Source: Bacteroidia bacterium
Lineage (GTDB): Bacteria > Bacteroidota > Bacteroidia > M30B66
Assembly: GCA_046302715.1 (NCBI GenBank)
Contig: JBKCHQ010000076.1
Location: 1-62,978, forward strand
Length of the DNA stretch: 62,978 bases
Direction of reading: 5' to 3'
The stretch's first letter is position 1. Every line of letters starts with the position of its first letter. The position numbers were made by a program, and so were the translations under genes. This document shows positions 29,457 to 38,835 of this stretch, piece by piece. Under the pieces are notes generated by a model. It searched no databases and was not told the origin of the DNA. It saw only the letters and a program-made list of their open reading frames with translations.

Positions 29457-31310
29457 ATGCATAAGGGGTTGGTCTGGCAATGTTTCAGACTCTTAGTTAC
29501 TTGTTTGCTATCAATAATTCCATTCATGTCTTTTGCCATTAATACCGATGCACACAGTGCGGCAAAACCAGATGAGGCAGTTATTAAGCACCTTTCGCTC
29601 GATCTGAATATTGATTTTTCTAAGCACATTATAACAGCGACGGCAAAATACCGTGCAGAGTTTTTTACCTCTGCCCGCGAGATTATCCTCGATACCCGAG
29701 ATCTCGAGATTATATCGGTGCAATCGCCATCAGGCACAGCTTTAAAATTCTCACTGGGTGCGGATGTGCCTTTTTTAGGAAAGGCTTTACGTATTGAGGT
29801 TGATAGTTCATCAAACGAATTTTTGATTAACTACCGCACCACCCAAGCATCAGCTGCGCTGCAGTGGCTCGAGCCGTCACAAACCGGCGACGGTAAATCG
29901 CCTTTCGTTTTCACACAAGGGCAGGCTATTTTAAGCCGCACCTGGATTCCTGTACAGGACAGTCCGGGCATACGATTCACTTGGGAGGCAACCGTGCATG
30001 TGCCGGCAGAATTCATGGCCGTAATGAGTGGTAAAAATGTGCAGGAGCGCAACGAAACCGGCACATACTCTTGCCGAATGGAATTGCCCGTTCCGGCTTA
30101 TTTAATTGCACTGGCAGCAGGCGATATTCAGTTTAGCCCCATCGGTTCACGTTGCGGGGTTTATGCCGAACCGGGAATGCTGCCAAAGGCCGCAAAGGAA
30201 TTTGCCGATATGGAAAAGATGCTTCTTGCGGCCGAACAGCTTTACGGGCCTTATGCCTGGGGCAGATACGATGTTATTGTGCTGCCAGCATCGTTTCCGT
30301 TTGGTGGCATGGAAAATCCACGCCTCACTTTTGCTACACCTACCATCATTGCAGGCGATGGATCGCTTACTGCTCTAATTGCCCACGAATTGGCTCACAG
30401 CTGGTCGGGCAATCTGGTAACAAATTCAAACTGGGACGACTTCTGGCTCAATGAAGGTTTTACCGTGTACTTCGAACGCCGTATAATGGAAGCACTTTAT
30501 GGCGCATCGTATGCCGATATGCTAGAAGTGCTCGGGTACAAAGATCTGCAGGAAACCCTCGCCGACTTGGGCGCCAACAATGCTGACACTCAGCTAAAGC
30601 TCAAACTCGTTGGCCGTGATCCTGATGATGGCATGACCGACATTGCTTACGAAAAAGGGTGCTTTCTGTTGGTGTACCTCGAAAATCAAGAAGTTCGCGA
30701 AACATTTGATTCATTCCTGAACCGCTATTTCAAGGAATTTGCCTTTAAAGGCATCACCACCGAACGTTTTTTGCAGTATCTTAAATCACGAAATGGCTTG
30801 AAATTGTCGCCTGAAGCATTGGAAGTAGTCGAAAAATGGATATATGCTCCCGGTTTGCCCATCGAATGCAAGCAGCCAGTTTCTGAACGCTTTAATAAGG
30901 TAGAAGCTTTGGTGCCACGCCTGTTGGCCGGCGAAAAAGCGGCGCGCAACGAAACCAAAACATGGGTAACGCACGAATGGCTGCATTTTATACGTTCGCT
31001 GCCCGAAACGCTTGATCAATCCAAGGCCACATCGCTCGATAAGCAATACGGATTTTCGCAATCGGGCAATTCCGAAATTCGTTTTGCATGGCTTCACTAC
31101 CGCTTAAATCGTGGCGATGCTAGCGTAATGACTTCTGCGGATGCATTTTTGGGTGCAGTGGGCCGCCGAAAATTTGTGTTGCCGCTCTACAAAGCCATGA
31201 TGAAGCAGGCATCCATGAAAGATTTAGCTAAAAGCATCTATGCCAAACATCGAAACGGCTATCACGCCGTTACGCGTCAGAGTATCGACGAGCTAATGGA
31301 GAAGCCTTAA
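29457..31310 (+). CDS. M1 aminopeptidase, leukotriene A4 hydrolase-like
   Basis: FGGMENP, AHELAHSWSG, WLNEGFT, GRRKFVLPLY; the true start may be a downstream ATG. Confidence 0.92.
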   Translation: MHKGLVWQCFRLLVTCLLSIIPFMSFAINTDAHSAAKPDEAVIKHLSLDLNIDFSKHIITATAKYRAEFFTSAREIILDTRDLEIISVQSPSGTALKFSLGADVPFLGKALRIEVDSSSNEFLINYRTTQASAALQWLEPSQTGDGKSPFVFTQGQAILSRTWIPVQDSPGIRFTWEATVHVPAEFMAVMSGKNVQERNETGTYSCRMELPVPAYLIALAAGDIQFSPIGSRCGVYAEPGMLPKAAKEFADMEKMLLAAEQLYGPYAWGRYDVIVLPASFPFGGMENPRLTFATPTIIAGDGSLTALIAHELAHSWSGNLVTNSNWDDFWLNEGFTVYFERRIMEALYGASYADMLEVLGYKDLQETLADLGANNADTQLKLKLVGRDPDDGMTDIAYEKGCFLLVYLENQEVRETFDSFLNRYFKEFAFKGITTERFLQYLKSRNGLKLSPEALEVVEKWIYAPGLPIECKQPVSERFNKVEALVPRLLAGEKAARNETKTWVTHEWLHFIRSLPETLDQSKATSLDKQYGFSQSGNSEIRFAWLHYRLNRGDASVMTSADAFLGAVGRRKFVLPLYKAMMKQASMKDLAKSIYAKHRNGYHAVTRQSIDELMEKP

Positions 31311-31371
31311 GGTTTTATAAGAACATTATTTTAGTGCGGGGCTTTGCAAACTCATACACTTTGAATTCAAT

Positions 31372-31467
31372 TATCCGTTTTAAACGCTTATAAACGTTTG
31401 TTAATGGTTATTTACTTCGGAGGAGCTAGCTTCGCGTTGGGCAGGGGGGGATAGGATTCCTACAAAA
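31372..31467 (+). repeat. Dispersed ~95-nt non-coding element, copy A
   Basis: About 80% identical by hand alignment to the reverse complement of 50376-50470. Confidence 0.85.
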
Positions 31468-31583
31468 ATCAAGGGTAAATCCAAAATTGAATTTTCAACA
31501 AGTCATGTGAATGACGCTATAATCATCCTTTTATCAATTTTACACGATGGAATCTCATAAAAGCTGCGGAAGGAAGTCCCAGG

Positions 31584-32471
31584 CTAAGAATTCACCATTA
31601 CCGAAGTCATAGTTAAAGCGCCGGCAACTGCTTTATCGTTAAATAAGCTTATTTGTTCTGATTTGGATTGCATGGCCAAGACATAAAGCAAGGGCAAATA
31701 ATGTTCAGCTGTTGGGATGGCCAAATCGAAGGCACTGCCTTGTTTGGGAAAATCGATGAGTGGAACATGGTTTTGTTCTACAATCCAGCGCTTCATTTTT
31801 TCGGAGGCTTCCAATGCCCAGTCGAAGGCAAAGCCTACATCGTTTAGGCGGTCCCAGGCTACACGGCCTAAATTATGCACCATGTTGCCACTACCCACAA
31901 TGAGGACACCTTTTCGTCGTAAATAGGCCAACTCGCGGGCAAGGTCATAATGCTGTTGGGGCGTCATGCGTACATCAAGGCTAAGCTGCACCACCGGCAC
32001 ATCGGCTTTGGGGTATAAATGTTTTATAACACTCCATGCGCCATGGTCGAGGCCCCAGGTATGATCAAGGGAAATGTGCTGCGTAAGTTGGGCTTTACTA
32101 AGGTCTTCAGCCAATTCGGGACTTCCCTGGGCAGGATACTGCACATCAAACAAAGCTTGGGGAAAGCCGCCAAAGTCGTGTATGGTCTTTGGTTGCGGCA
32201 TGGCGGTTACGAAGGTACCGTTGGTTTCCCAATGGGCCGAAATGCATAAAATAGCTCGGGGCCGCTCTATCTGCTGGGCCACATTTCGAAAGCCGGCCAC
32301 AAATTCGTTTTCTTCAATGGCATTCATTGGGCTGCCATGCCCGAGGAACAGCACCGGCATTGGAGCTGTCGAAGTGCCTTCGTCCAGAAAATTTGTAAAT
32401 GTGCGTAAGTTCATAGCCATGGCAGCAAAAGGCAACATGCCAAGGGAAAAAAGAAACTCCTTACGCTGCAT
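31584..32471 (-). CDS. ygiD: 4,5-DOPA extradiol dioxygenase (YgiD/LigB-like)
   Basis: FLGHGSPMN, ISAHW, TIHDFGGFP, GLDHG, GSGNMVHNL, PTAEHYLP. Confidence 0.92.
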   Translation of the reverse strand: MQRKEFLFSLGMLPFAAMAMNLRTFTNFLDEGTSTAPMPVLFLGHGSPMNAIEENEFVAGFRNVAQQIERPRAILCISAHWETNGTFVTAMPQPKTIHDFGGFPQALFDVQYPAQGSPELAEDLSKAQLTQHISLDHTWGLDHGAWSVIKHLYPKADVPVVQLSLDVRMTPQQHYDLARELAYLRRKGVLIVGSGNMVHNLGRVAWDRLNDVGFAFDWALEASEKMKRWIVEQNHVPLIDFPKQGSAFDLAIPTAEHYLPLLYVLAMQSKSEQISLFNDKAVAGALTMTSVMVNS

Positions 32472-32694
32472 ATTCAAAAGTATATTTTTTAAACATAAAG
32501 CCAAAGCCCATAACAGCCATGCCATGAATACTAAGTTAGGCCAAGCATAATTTTGACCTTAAAAAGACGTCGAAAAAATGTGTTTTTAAATGCAAATGTG
32601 TATACTTGTAGATGATAATGAAGACCAGAAATCATTTAAAAAACGGGGCGTAACCGAAAAGCCAAAAGAGTAGGAACCACCAATTATAATTAAA

Positions 32695-32991
32695 ATGACA
32701 TCAAAACAAGTTTTGCCCAATTCAACTGCAGTCCTAGTATTAGGAATATTATCAATTGTATTTGGTTGCTTTTTTGTTGGTCTAATTTTGGGCATTATAG
32801 GTCTCAGTCTAGGAGGAAAATCCAGAAAATTATATCATGCTAATCCTGATTTATACACGGGCTATGGAGCTCTCAATGCAGGTTGGATTATGTCAATTAT
32901 TGGAACCGTTTTGGCAGGTTTATATGTTTTGTATTTTCTTTTCGTGGTAGCCATTTTAGGAGGTACGGCCGTAGGACTAATGAACTTATGA
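32695..32991 (+). CDS. DUF4190/CCC-motif-like small membrane protein
   Basis: LPNSTAVLVLGILSI..C...GLILGIIGL; two TM helices. Confidence 0.75.
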   Translation: MTSKQVLPNSTAVLVLGILSIVFGCFFVGLILGIIGLSLGGKSRKLYHANPDLYTGYGALNAGWIMSIIGTVLAGLYVLYFLFVVAILGGTAVGLMNL

Positions 32992-33028
32992 TATTATCCA
33001 TTGATTTTAAGGCATTTAAATAACAAAG

Positions 33029-33304
33029 ATGATCGTTCAACTTCTGCCTTGTGCATACAAACAGTTGTTTGGTATTGATTGTCCTATTTGCGGCTTTCAA
33101 CGCTCATTAATACTGATGTTGAATGGCGACTTGGCTGGCAGTTTTTTTCAGTATATGCCACTGTTGCCAATTCTAATTTTGATGGGCTTGAGCATCATAA
33201 GATTGATTAAACCCAATATTATTAGCAGAAGATTTCATATTTATTACAGCATAATAGTTCTAACTGTAATTTTCATTAACTATTCAATTAAGCTAATTAT
33301 TTAA
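33029..33304 (+). CDS. DUF2752 membrane protein
   Basis: PCAYKQLFGIDCPICGFQRS motif. Confidence 0.85.
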   Translation: MIVQLLPCAYKQLFGIDCPICGFQRSLILMLNGDLAGSFFQYMPLLPILILMGLSIIRLIKPNIISRRFHIYYSIIVLTVIFINYSIKLII

Positions 33305-33348
33305 GGTAGTGTTTACTAGATAAATATCTAAGTTAAGTTCAATCTAAT

Positions 33349-35688
33349 CTAATTCCCCAGCAAAGTTACCGTTCCGCGTTCCTCAAAGGGTTGGTCTTTT
33401 ACATCGGTGCCGTTTATGATGTAAAAATACGTGCCGTCGGCTTGTTTTTCGCCGTTAGATGTACCGTCCCAACCCCCGTTCTTATCCTCCCAGGTGAAGA
33501 GCAATTTACCCCATCGGTTATATACCCGGGCACTAAAGGTTTTAACGGCATTATGCTTTACCTGAAAGAGATTATTAAAGCCGTCGCCATTACCTGGCGT
33601 AAATACATTGGGAACAATCAATCCCAGCTGGTCGCTCAAAACTTTGATAACACGGCTGGCTGTATCGGCACATCCGCTCGAATTGGTGCAAATTACCTGT
33701 AGGTTGTAACTTCCCGAATCGGCAAAAGTTAGTATGCCACTGCTCAACAGGTTAATTACCGAATCGTTCAGCGTCCACACGCAGGTTTCGGCATTAATGC
33801 TGATGTCGGTAACCTGCACTTCAAATACTGTGTATCCCGAGTCGGCACTCGTAGTAAAATCGGCAAACACCGGTAAGCCCGTAATTACAATCTGGTCGGT
33901 GGCCGTGTTGCATTCGCCTTCACGTGTTAAAATGTAGGTTCCAGCCACATCAATACTAATGCTCTGGGTTGTTTCGCCGTTGTTCCATGAATTAAGGCTG
34001 GCATCGGCCGACTCGAGCGTTATGGGTTCGCCACTGCATAAAGAAGTGCCGTTTAGCGAAGCAATATCTGCTGTTACAAGTTCGTTCAATACCAAATCAA
34101 CGTTTAATGCCTCACTCACACAAGAACCCTCGGTGGCAGTAACCCAGAAACTACCCTCTGGTGTAGGCGAATTGAAGGTTGTTCCACTCCCCACTAAGTT
34201 AATGAGTCCCTCAGAATCATACCATTGAATGTTACTTCCCGAAACGGTAAGTATAGGAACTGCCTCACCCTCACAATAACTCACTAAGGTATCGCCCACA
34301 GGCAGCTGCACCACAGAAAATTCAATATCCACTGGAATGCTATCCGACGTACAGCCCTCAGCTGTTTGATTTACCCAATAGGTTTGGTTCTGATTTGCTG
34401 TTGGAGTGTAGGTATCACCGCTGGCCAATAATAAACTTAGGCCGGCATTGGGATACCAGTTTACCGTTGCCCCGGCATCAGGTACTACGGTTAAAGCCGT
34501 TGGGGTTTCGCCGTTACAAAACACGGTTTGACCGGTTACAACAGGATCGGAAAGATTGACCACAGTAAATGTCTGTGTCTCGGTGTCGGTACACAATCCG
34601 CTTCCCACGGTATAGGTTATGTCAACCGTACCGTTAATTACCGTAAGATTAAGTGAGGGGCCATTAACACCCGCTCCGACCCATTGTCCGCCTGGCGTAC
34701 CGGTTAAGAGCGTGGTTAAGTCTAAAACACCTTGCCCACCGCACAATACGCCCGGATTGGTAAATGCGGCATCAACAGCCCCACTTACATTAATAGTTTG
34801 TGTTACGCTGGCTGTTTGGGTGTTGCAGTCGTTAGTTGGGACTACAGTATACGTAATTTCTACAGATCCACTCACTTGCGATGGATCAAATGTTGAACCG
34901 CTTACCCCCTGACCTGACCATGTGCCACCCGAAGTGCCTGTTATTAAGGTGTTAAGATCAAGAGGCGCGTTGGTTTGACATTGAGGACCGGGATTGGTCC
35001 AATCGGCTGAAAAGGGTTGAAATGGCGCCTGGCAACTCGTATTTCCATAGCTTGGCTGACCATCAGGTGTAAAGTCAACAAAGGCCCCATTTTGATCGGT
35101 ATTGTTTCCATTGCCATCAACCAGATTGCCCCTTATGTATGTTACTTCTTCGTAACATGGGAATGCGCCATTTACTTGAATACGCAAGGTTTGTTCCTGT
35201 GGGGTTCCTGTATTGTAGTTTAAGAAGTGTCCCCCACCCTGACCGGTATGTTGATGGTAGATAACGTAGAGCGTATCGGTAAGGTTTGCAAAAGAATTGA
35301 GGGCTACCGAAACCTCGTAGCTTGTAATGGCCAGTACAGATCGGCCGGCAGGTATTAGACCCAGTGGGGGCTCGATAAGATAACCGCATTCATTGGTAAT
35401 GGTATTATTTAGCTCTAAGGTTTTTGCTTCGGTAGAAACATTCTGGACAAAACCATTGAAGGGCAAGGTATTAACGCCTTGCGAAGGCCAGCCATTAACG
35501 ATTTGAATGTCGGCAATGTTAATGGGATTGGCACCTACTTTAAAGCGAAACATTTCGTTTAACCCTTCAGGACTCGAAAATGCATCATCGCAGGCATTTA
35601 CCAAAATAGTTTCAACTTCTATACAGTTTTGGGCGGTTAATGTTCCCAAGCTTAGAATCGAGAAGAGAAATAAGTACAGGTTACGCAT
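33349..35688 (-). CDS. Ig/PKD-repeat surface protein with CHU_C (T9SS type B) C-terminus
   Basis: Signal peptide; G.WSG.GV and Ig-like repeats; VPNVFTPGNGDGFN..YNRWG..DGTYFY. Confidence 0.85.
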   Translation of the reverse strand: MRNLYLFLFSILSLGTLTAQNCIEVETILVNACDDAFSSPEGLNEMFRFKVGANPINIADIQIVNGWPSQGVNTLPFNGFVQNVSTEAKTLELNNTITNECGYLIEPPLGLIPAGRSVLAITSYEVSVALNSFANLTDTLYVIYHQHTGQGGGHFLNYNTGTPQEQTLRIQVNGAFPCYEEVTYIRGNLVDGNGNNTDQNGAFVDFTPDGQPSYGNTSCQAPFQPFSADWTNPGPQCQTNAPLDLNTLITGTSGGTWSGQGVSGSTFDPSQVSGSVEITYTVVPTNDCNTQTASVTQTINVSGAVDAAFTNPGVLCGGQGVLDLTTLLTGTPGGQWVGAGVNGPSLNLTVINGTVDITYTVGSGLCTDTETQTFTVVNLSDPVVTGQTVFCNGETPTALTVVPDAGATVNWYPNAGLSLLLASGDTYTPTANQNQTYWVNQTAEGCTSDSIPVDIEFSVVQLPVGDTLVSYCEGEAVPILTVSGSNIQWYDSEGLINLVGSGTTFNSPTPEGSFWVTATEGSCVSEALNVDLVLNELVTADIASLNGTSLCSGEPITLESADASLNSWNNGETTQSISIDVAGTYILTREGECNTATDQIVITGLPVFADFTTSADSGYTVFEVQVTDISINAETCVWTLNDSVINLLSSGILTFADSGSYNLQVICTNSSGCADTASRVIKVLSDQLGLIVPNVFTPGNGDGFNNLFQVKHNAVKTFSARVYNRWGKLLFTWEDKNGGWDGTSNGEKQADGTYFYIINGTDVKDQPFEERGTVTLLGN

Positions 35689-35711
35689 AAGCTATAATTC
35701 TGAGGGTGAAT

Positions 35712-37322
35712 TTAGGATAAATCGTCATTCCATCTGCACATAATCAATAAATTTCCATTGGGGCTCATTGCTGCTAGAAGTGTCTTAAACAATCTAGAAT
35801 GCGCTGAACTCATAAACGTAAACAGGCTCTCGCTGCGTTCGCTAAGTGCACCGGTAGGAAATACGGTGGCATATACCGAACGGATTTGCCCTAAGCGCTC
35901 CGCTTCTTTTTTACGGGCCTCTCGAAGCATTTTTTTCTGAAAATTCTCAAGTTGTTTCTTGAGCCTCACCTGCATGGCTCTTGCCGAACGTTTGGTGGGG
36001 AGATTCACTGCGGTTGCCTTCTCTTCTATGCTTTTAAACATGGTATCAAAGGCCTCAAGTTCATTGGATAGATCGAGCATACCTTGTGAATCAGATAAAA
36101 GTTTGCGGCGTTCAATTTCAATGAGCGGCAATAATAAGTCGGCCCAAATAAAGCCCGAATTTTCGAGGCGATGAAAAGACGCTCCATCCATCAAAACTGC
36201 AGAGTTACGAAGTAAAAGAGCCGGAAACACTACCGAATAATGCTCCATTACCGACTTTAACTCGAGCCAGTAGGCTATTTCGGCAGCACCGCCAAAGGTG
36301 GCAATATTTGGGAGTATGAATTCCTGATACACCGGCCTCATTAAGGCATTGGGAGAAAAACGCTCGGGATATAAGCGAATTTCGGTCTTTAATGAATTAG
36401 CCTCCCAAGTATAACTTTGATCCGTAGTTTTAAAACCCTCAGTATCCTTTTCAATACGCTCGCGGTAATTATCTTTTAAATAGAAAAAATTAATGTCTCG
36501 CCCCTGCAATTGCACCGGGTAGCGATGCGAAATAGTATCAATGGCGTTGCGACTAAGTGTATAACTGCGGCTGTTTAAAATATCATCCTCTATAATTGAT
36601 GCAAACGATGACTTTAATTGAACATCATCGGCATCTATACAAAGAAGCCCCAATTGACCAAATATATGATGCACCAGATAGCGTGTGGCCATAGCCAGTG
36701 TGGGCAAGGAATATGCGTCCGTAAGCAGTTGGCGCCAATTGGGGATAATCGAAAAAACGTCTGATTGCTGCAGCCACTCCAAGACGGCAGCACAAGGCAT
36801 GCGCCCGGCGGGGCCGTTGTATTGAAGTGGACACGTGTACTTTTTACCGTGAATGGTAAATGAGCGAATTTCGTCGATATCGTGGTCTTCGGTGGCCATC
36901 CAGAAAACGGGAATAAAATCCTTATCGGCGTATTTATTTTTTAAATCAACACACAAAGCCACTGCCGAAAGTATTTTTAGTGGTGTGTAGAGCGGACCCA
37001 GCAAAATACCCACCTGTTGGCCTGTAGTAACCGTAAAGGTAGTGGGTTTAAGCAACTTATTAATTATTGACTCGCTTGCAGCATTTAAAATGCCTGTAGC
37101 AGCGTATTGATTTTTGAGCACATCCACTAAGACGTTACGCTTTTGTGCATCAAACGATTGACGTTGTGCTATTAGTGCCTCAAAATTGGGATTAAGAGGC
37201 GATGTACTTCGTAAAGCATGAAAAAACGAATCGTCGTTGCAATAATCGCTGGCTATTCGGGTTAAAAGACCTGATTGGGAGTGGGGGACAGAAAATAATG
37301 CATCCAATGCCATGCGATCCAA
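35712..37322 (-). CDS. bshC: Bacillithiol biosynthesis cysteine-adding enzyme BshC
   Basis: VTTGQQ..LLGPLY, PVFWMATEDHD, FSPNALMRP.YQE.ILP, GGAAEIAYW, ER. Confidence 0.92.
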   Translation of the reverse strand: MDRMALDALFSVPHSQSGLLTRIASDYCNDDSFFHALRSTSPLNPNFEALIAQRQSFDAQKRNVLVDVLKNQYAATGILNAASESIINKLLKPTTFTVTTGQQVGILLGPLYTPLKILSAVALCVDLKNKYADKDFIPVFWMATEDHDIDEIRSFTIHGKKYTCPLQYNGPAGRMPCAAVLEWLQQSDVFSIIPNWRQLLTDAYSLPTLAMATRYLVHHIFGQLGLLCIDADDVQLKSSFASIIEDDILNSRSYTLSRNAIDTISHRYPVQLQGRDINFFYLKDNYRERIEKDTEGFKTTDQSYTWEANSLKTEIRLYPERFSPNALMRPVYQEFILPNIATFGGAAEIAYWLELKSVMEHYSVVFPALLLRNSAVLMDGASFHRLENSGFIWADLLLPLIEIERRKLLSDSQGMLDLSNELEAFDTMFKSIEEKATAVNLPTKRSARAMQVRLKKQLENFQKKMLREARKKEAERLGQIRSVYATVFPTGALSERSESLFTFMSSAHSRLFKTLLAAMSPNGNLLIMCRWNDDLS

Positions 37323-37348
37323 TTAGCGAATTCGTGCTGAATAACAGA

Positions 37349-38662
37349 TTAAATCGGTGTACCGAATAGGTCAAAAGCTTCAGCCCTTTCGATACGCACC
37401 TGAACAAAGGAGCCAGGCGATAAATACTGAGCCTCATTGGCCTCAATGAGTACTTCATTATCTACCTCGGGCGAGTCGAACTCGGTTCGTCCAATAAAAT
37501 AGCCCCCTTCTTTTCGATCAATCAGCGTTTTAAAAACCTTACCTACTTTTTCGGCATTTAGGGCAGCCGAAATGCTCTCCTGCATCTCCATAATTTCGGC
37601 GGCACGTTGTTGCTTTACCTCATTGGACACATCGTCGTTTAGCGAGTATGCGTGCGTTTGTTCTTCGTGGCTGTATGTAAAAACGCCAAGCCGTTCGAAT
37701 CGCATTTGTTGTATCCATTCGAGCACTTCCTGATGGTCGGACTCGGTTTCGCCCGGGAAACCCGTAATAAGCGTGGTGCGCAATGCAATACCGGGCACAC
37801 GACTGCGAATGGTATTCACCAGTTCGGTCGTTTTCTCACGGGTAGTACCACGCCGCATCATTTTAAGCATGGTGTTGCTCACGTGTTGCAGCGGCATATC
37901 GAGGTAATTGCAGATGTTGCTACGTTCGTTCATTACCTCTAAAACATCGAGCGGAAATCCGCTGGGAAAGGCGTAATGCAACCTAATCCACTCTATGCCT
38001 TCAACATCAGATAAGCGACGCATGAGCTCGGCAAGTTTACGATCTTTATAAATATCGAGCCCGTAATAGGTAGAATCTTGCGCAATCAACAACAACTCAC
38101 GCGTTCCGTTCCGTGCCAGATTTTTTGCCTGCTCCACCAATTGCTCCATTGGAATACTCACATGGCCGCCACGCATGAGCGGAATGGCGCAAAACGAACA
38201 TGGGCGATCGCATCCCTCCGAAATTTTAAAGTACGCAAAATGAGCGGGAGTGGTAAGCAAACGCTCGCCTACAAGTTCGTGTTTATAATCAGCCTTTAGG
38301 GTTTTTAGCAATCGAGGCAGATCGCGCGTGCCAAACCATGCATCAACCTCGGGAATTTCTTTTTCGAGCTCAGGCTTGTAACGCTCACTTAAACAACCTG
38401 TAACATACACCTTATCGAGTTGACCTCTTTCTTTAGCCTCGGCAAAACGCAATATAGTATCTATACTTTCCTGCTTGGCATTGTCAATAAATCCACAGGT
38501 ATTTATTATTACAATACCAGCATCGTCATCGCTTGATTCATGCACCACATCAAAGCGGTTGGCTTTAAGCTGCCCCATGAGCACCTCAGAGTCGTACAGG
38601 TTTTTAGAACATCCCAAGGTTACCACATTGACCTTATTCTTTTTCAGCGTTTTGGTTTTCAT
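37349..38662 (-). CDS. rimO: Ribosomal protein S12 methylthiotransferase RimO
   Basis: LGCSKN..DSE, NTCGFI, radical SAM CDRPCSFC, TRAM domain; TACCTTTG -7 box just upstream. Confidence 0.96.
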   Translation of the reverse strand: MKTKTLKKNKVNVVTLGCSKNLYDSEVLMGQLKANRFDVVHESSDDDAGIVIINTCGFIDNAKQESIDTILRFAEAKERGQLDKVYVTGCLSERYKPELEKEIPEVDAWFGTRDLPRLLKTLKADYKHELVGERLLTTPAHFAYFKISEGCDRPCSFCAIPLMRGGHVSIPMEQLVEQAKNLARNGTRELLLIAQDSTYYGLDIYKDRKLAELMRRLSDVEGIEWIRLHYAFPSGFPLDVLEVMNERSNICNYLDMPLQHVSNTMLKMMRRGTTREKTTELVNTIRSRVPGIALRTTLITGFPGETESDHQEVLEWIQQMRFERLGVFTYSHEEQTHAYSLNDDVSNEVKQQRAAEIMEMQESISAALNAEKVGKVFKTLIDRKEGGYFIGRTEFDSPEVDNEVLIEANEAQYLSPGSFVQVRIERAEAFDLFGTPI

Positions 38663-38749
38663 GCGGCGCAAAGGTACGTATTAAAGAAATTACCCGTATT
38701 GGCTTAATTAACAACCAAAAACACTGATTATCAATACTGTTTATAATTT

Positions 38750-38768
38750 ATTTAGAATTGTTCTAAAT
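38750..38768. promoter_or_regulatory. Palindromic operator 1 (Bacteroidota Fur-box-like)
   Basis: ATTTAGAA-TTG-TTCTAAAT, perfect 8-3-8 inverted repeat. Confidence 0.7.
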
Positions 38769-38772
38769 AAAA

Positions 38773-38804
38773 TTTGCATCGTTATGAATCATACTTTAGG
38801 TTTG
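38773..38804 (+). promoter_or_regulatory. Promoter of the TonB-dependent receptor
   Basis: -33 TTTG (38773-76), 20-nt spacer, -7 TAGGTTTG (38797-804). Confidence 0.65.
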
Positions 38805-38809
38805 CATCT

Positions 38810-38828
38810 GTTTAGAATTAATCTAAAT
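38810..38828. promoter_or_regulatory. Palindromic operator 2 (Bacteroidota Fur-box-like)
   Basis: GTTTAGAATTAATCTAAAT, a near copy of operator 1, between the promoter and the ATG. Confidence 0.65.
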
Positions 38829-38835
38829 AAGAATT

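Noticed and set aside
32640-32694. Riboswitch-like purine-rich stretch upstream of the DUF4190-like gene
   Set aside because: I could not build a convincing aptamer fold or match a known consensus.
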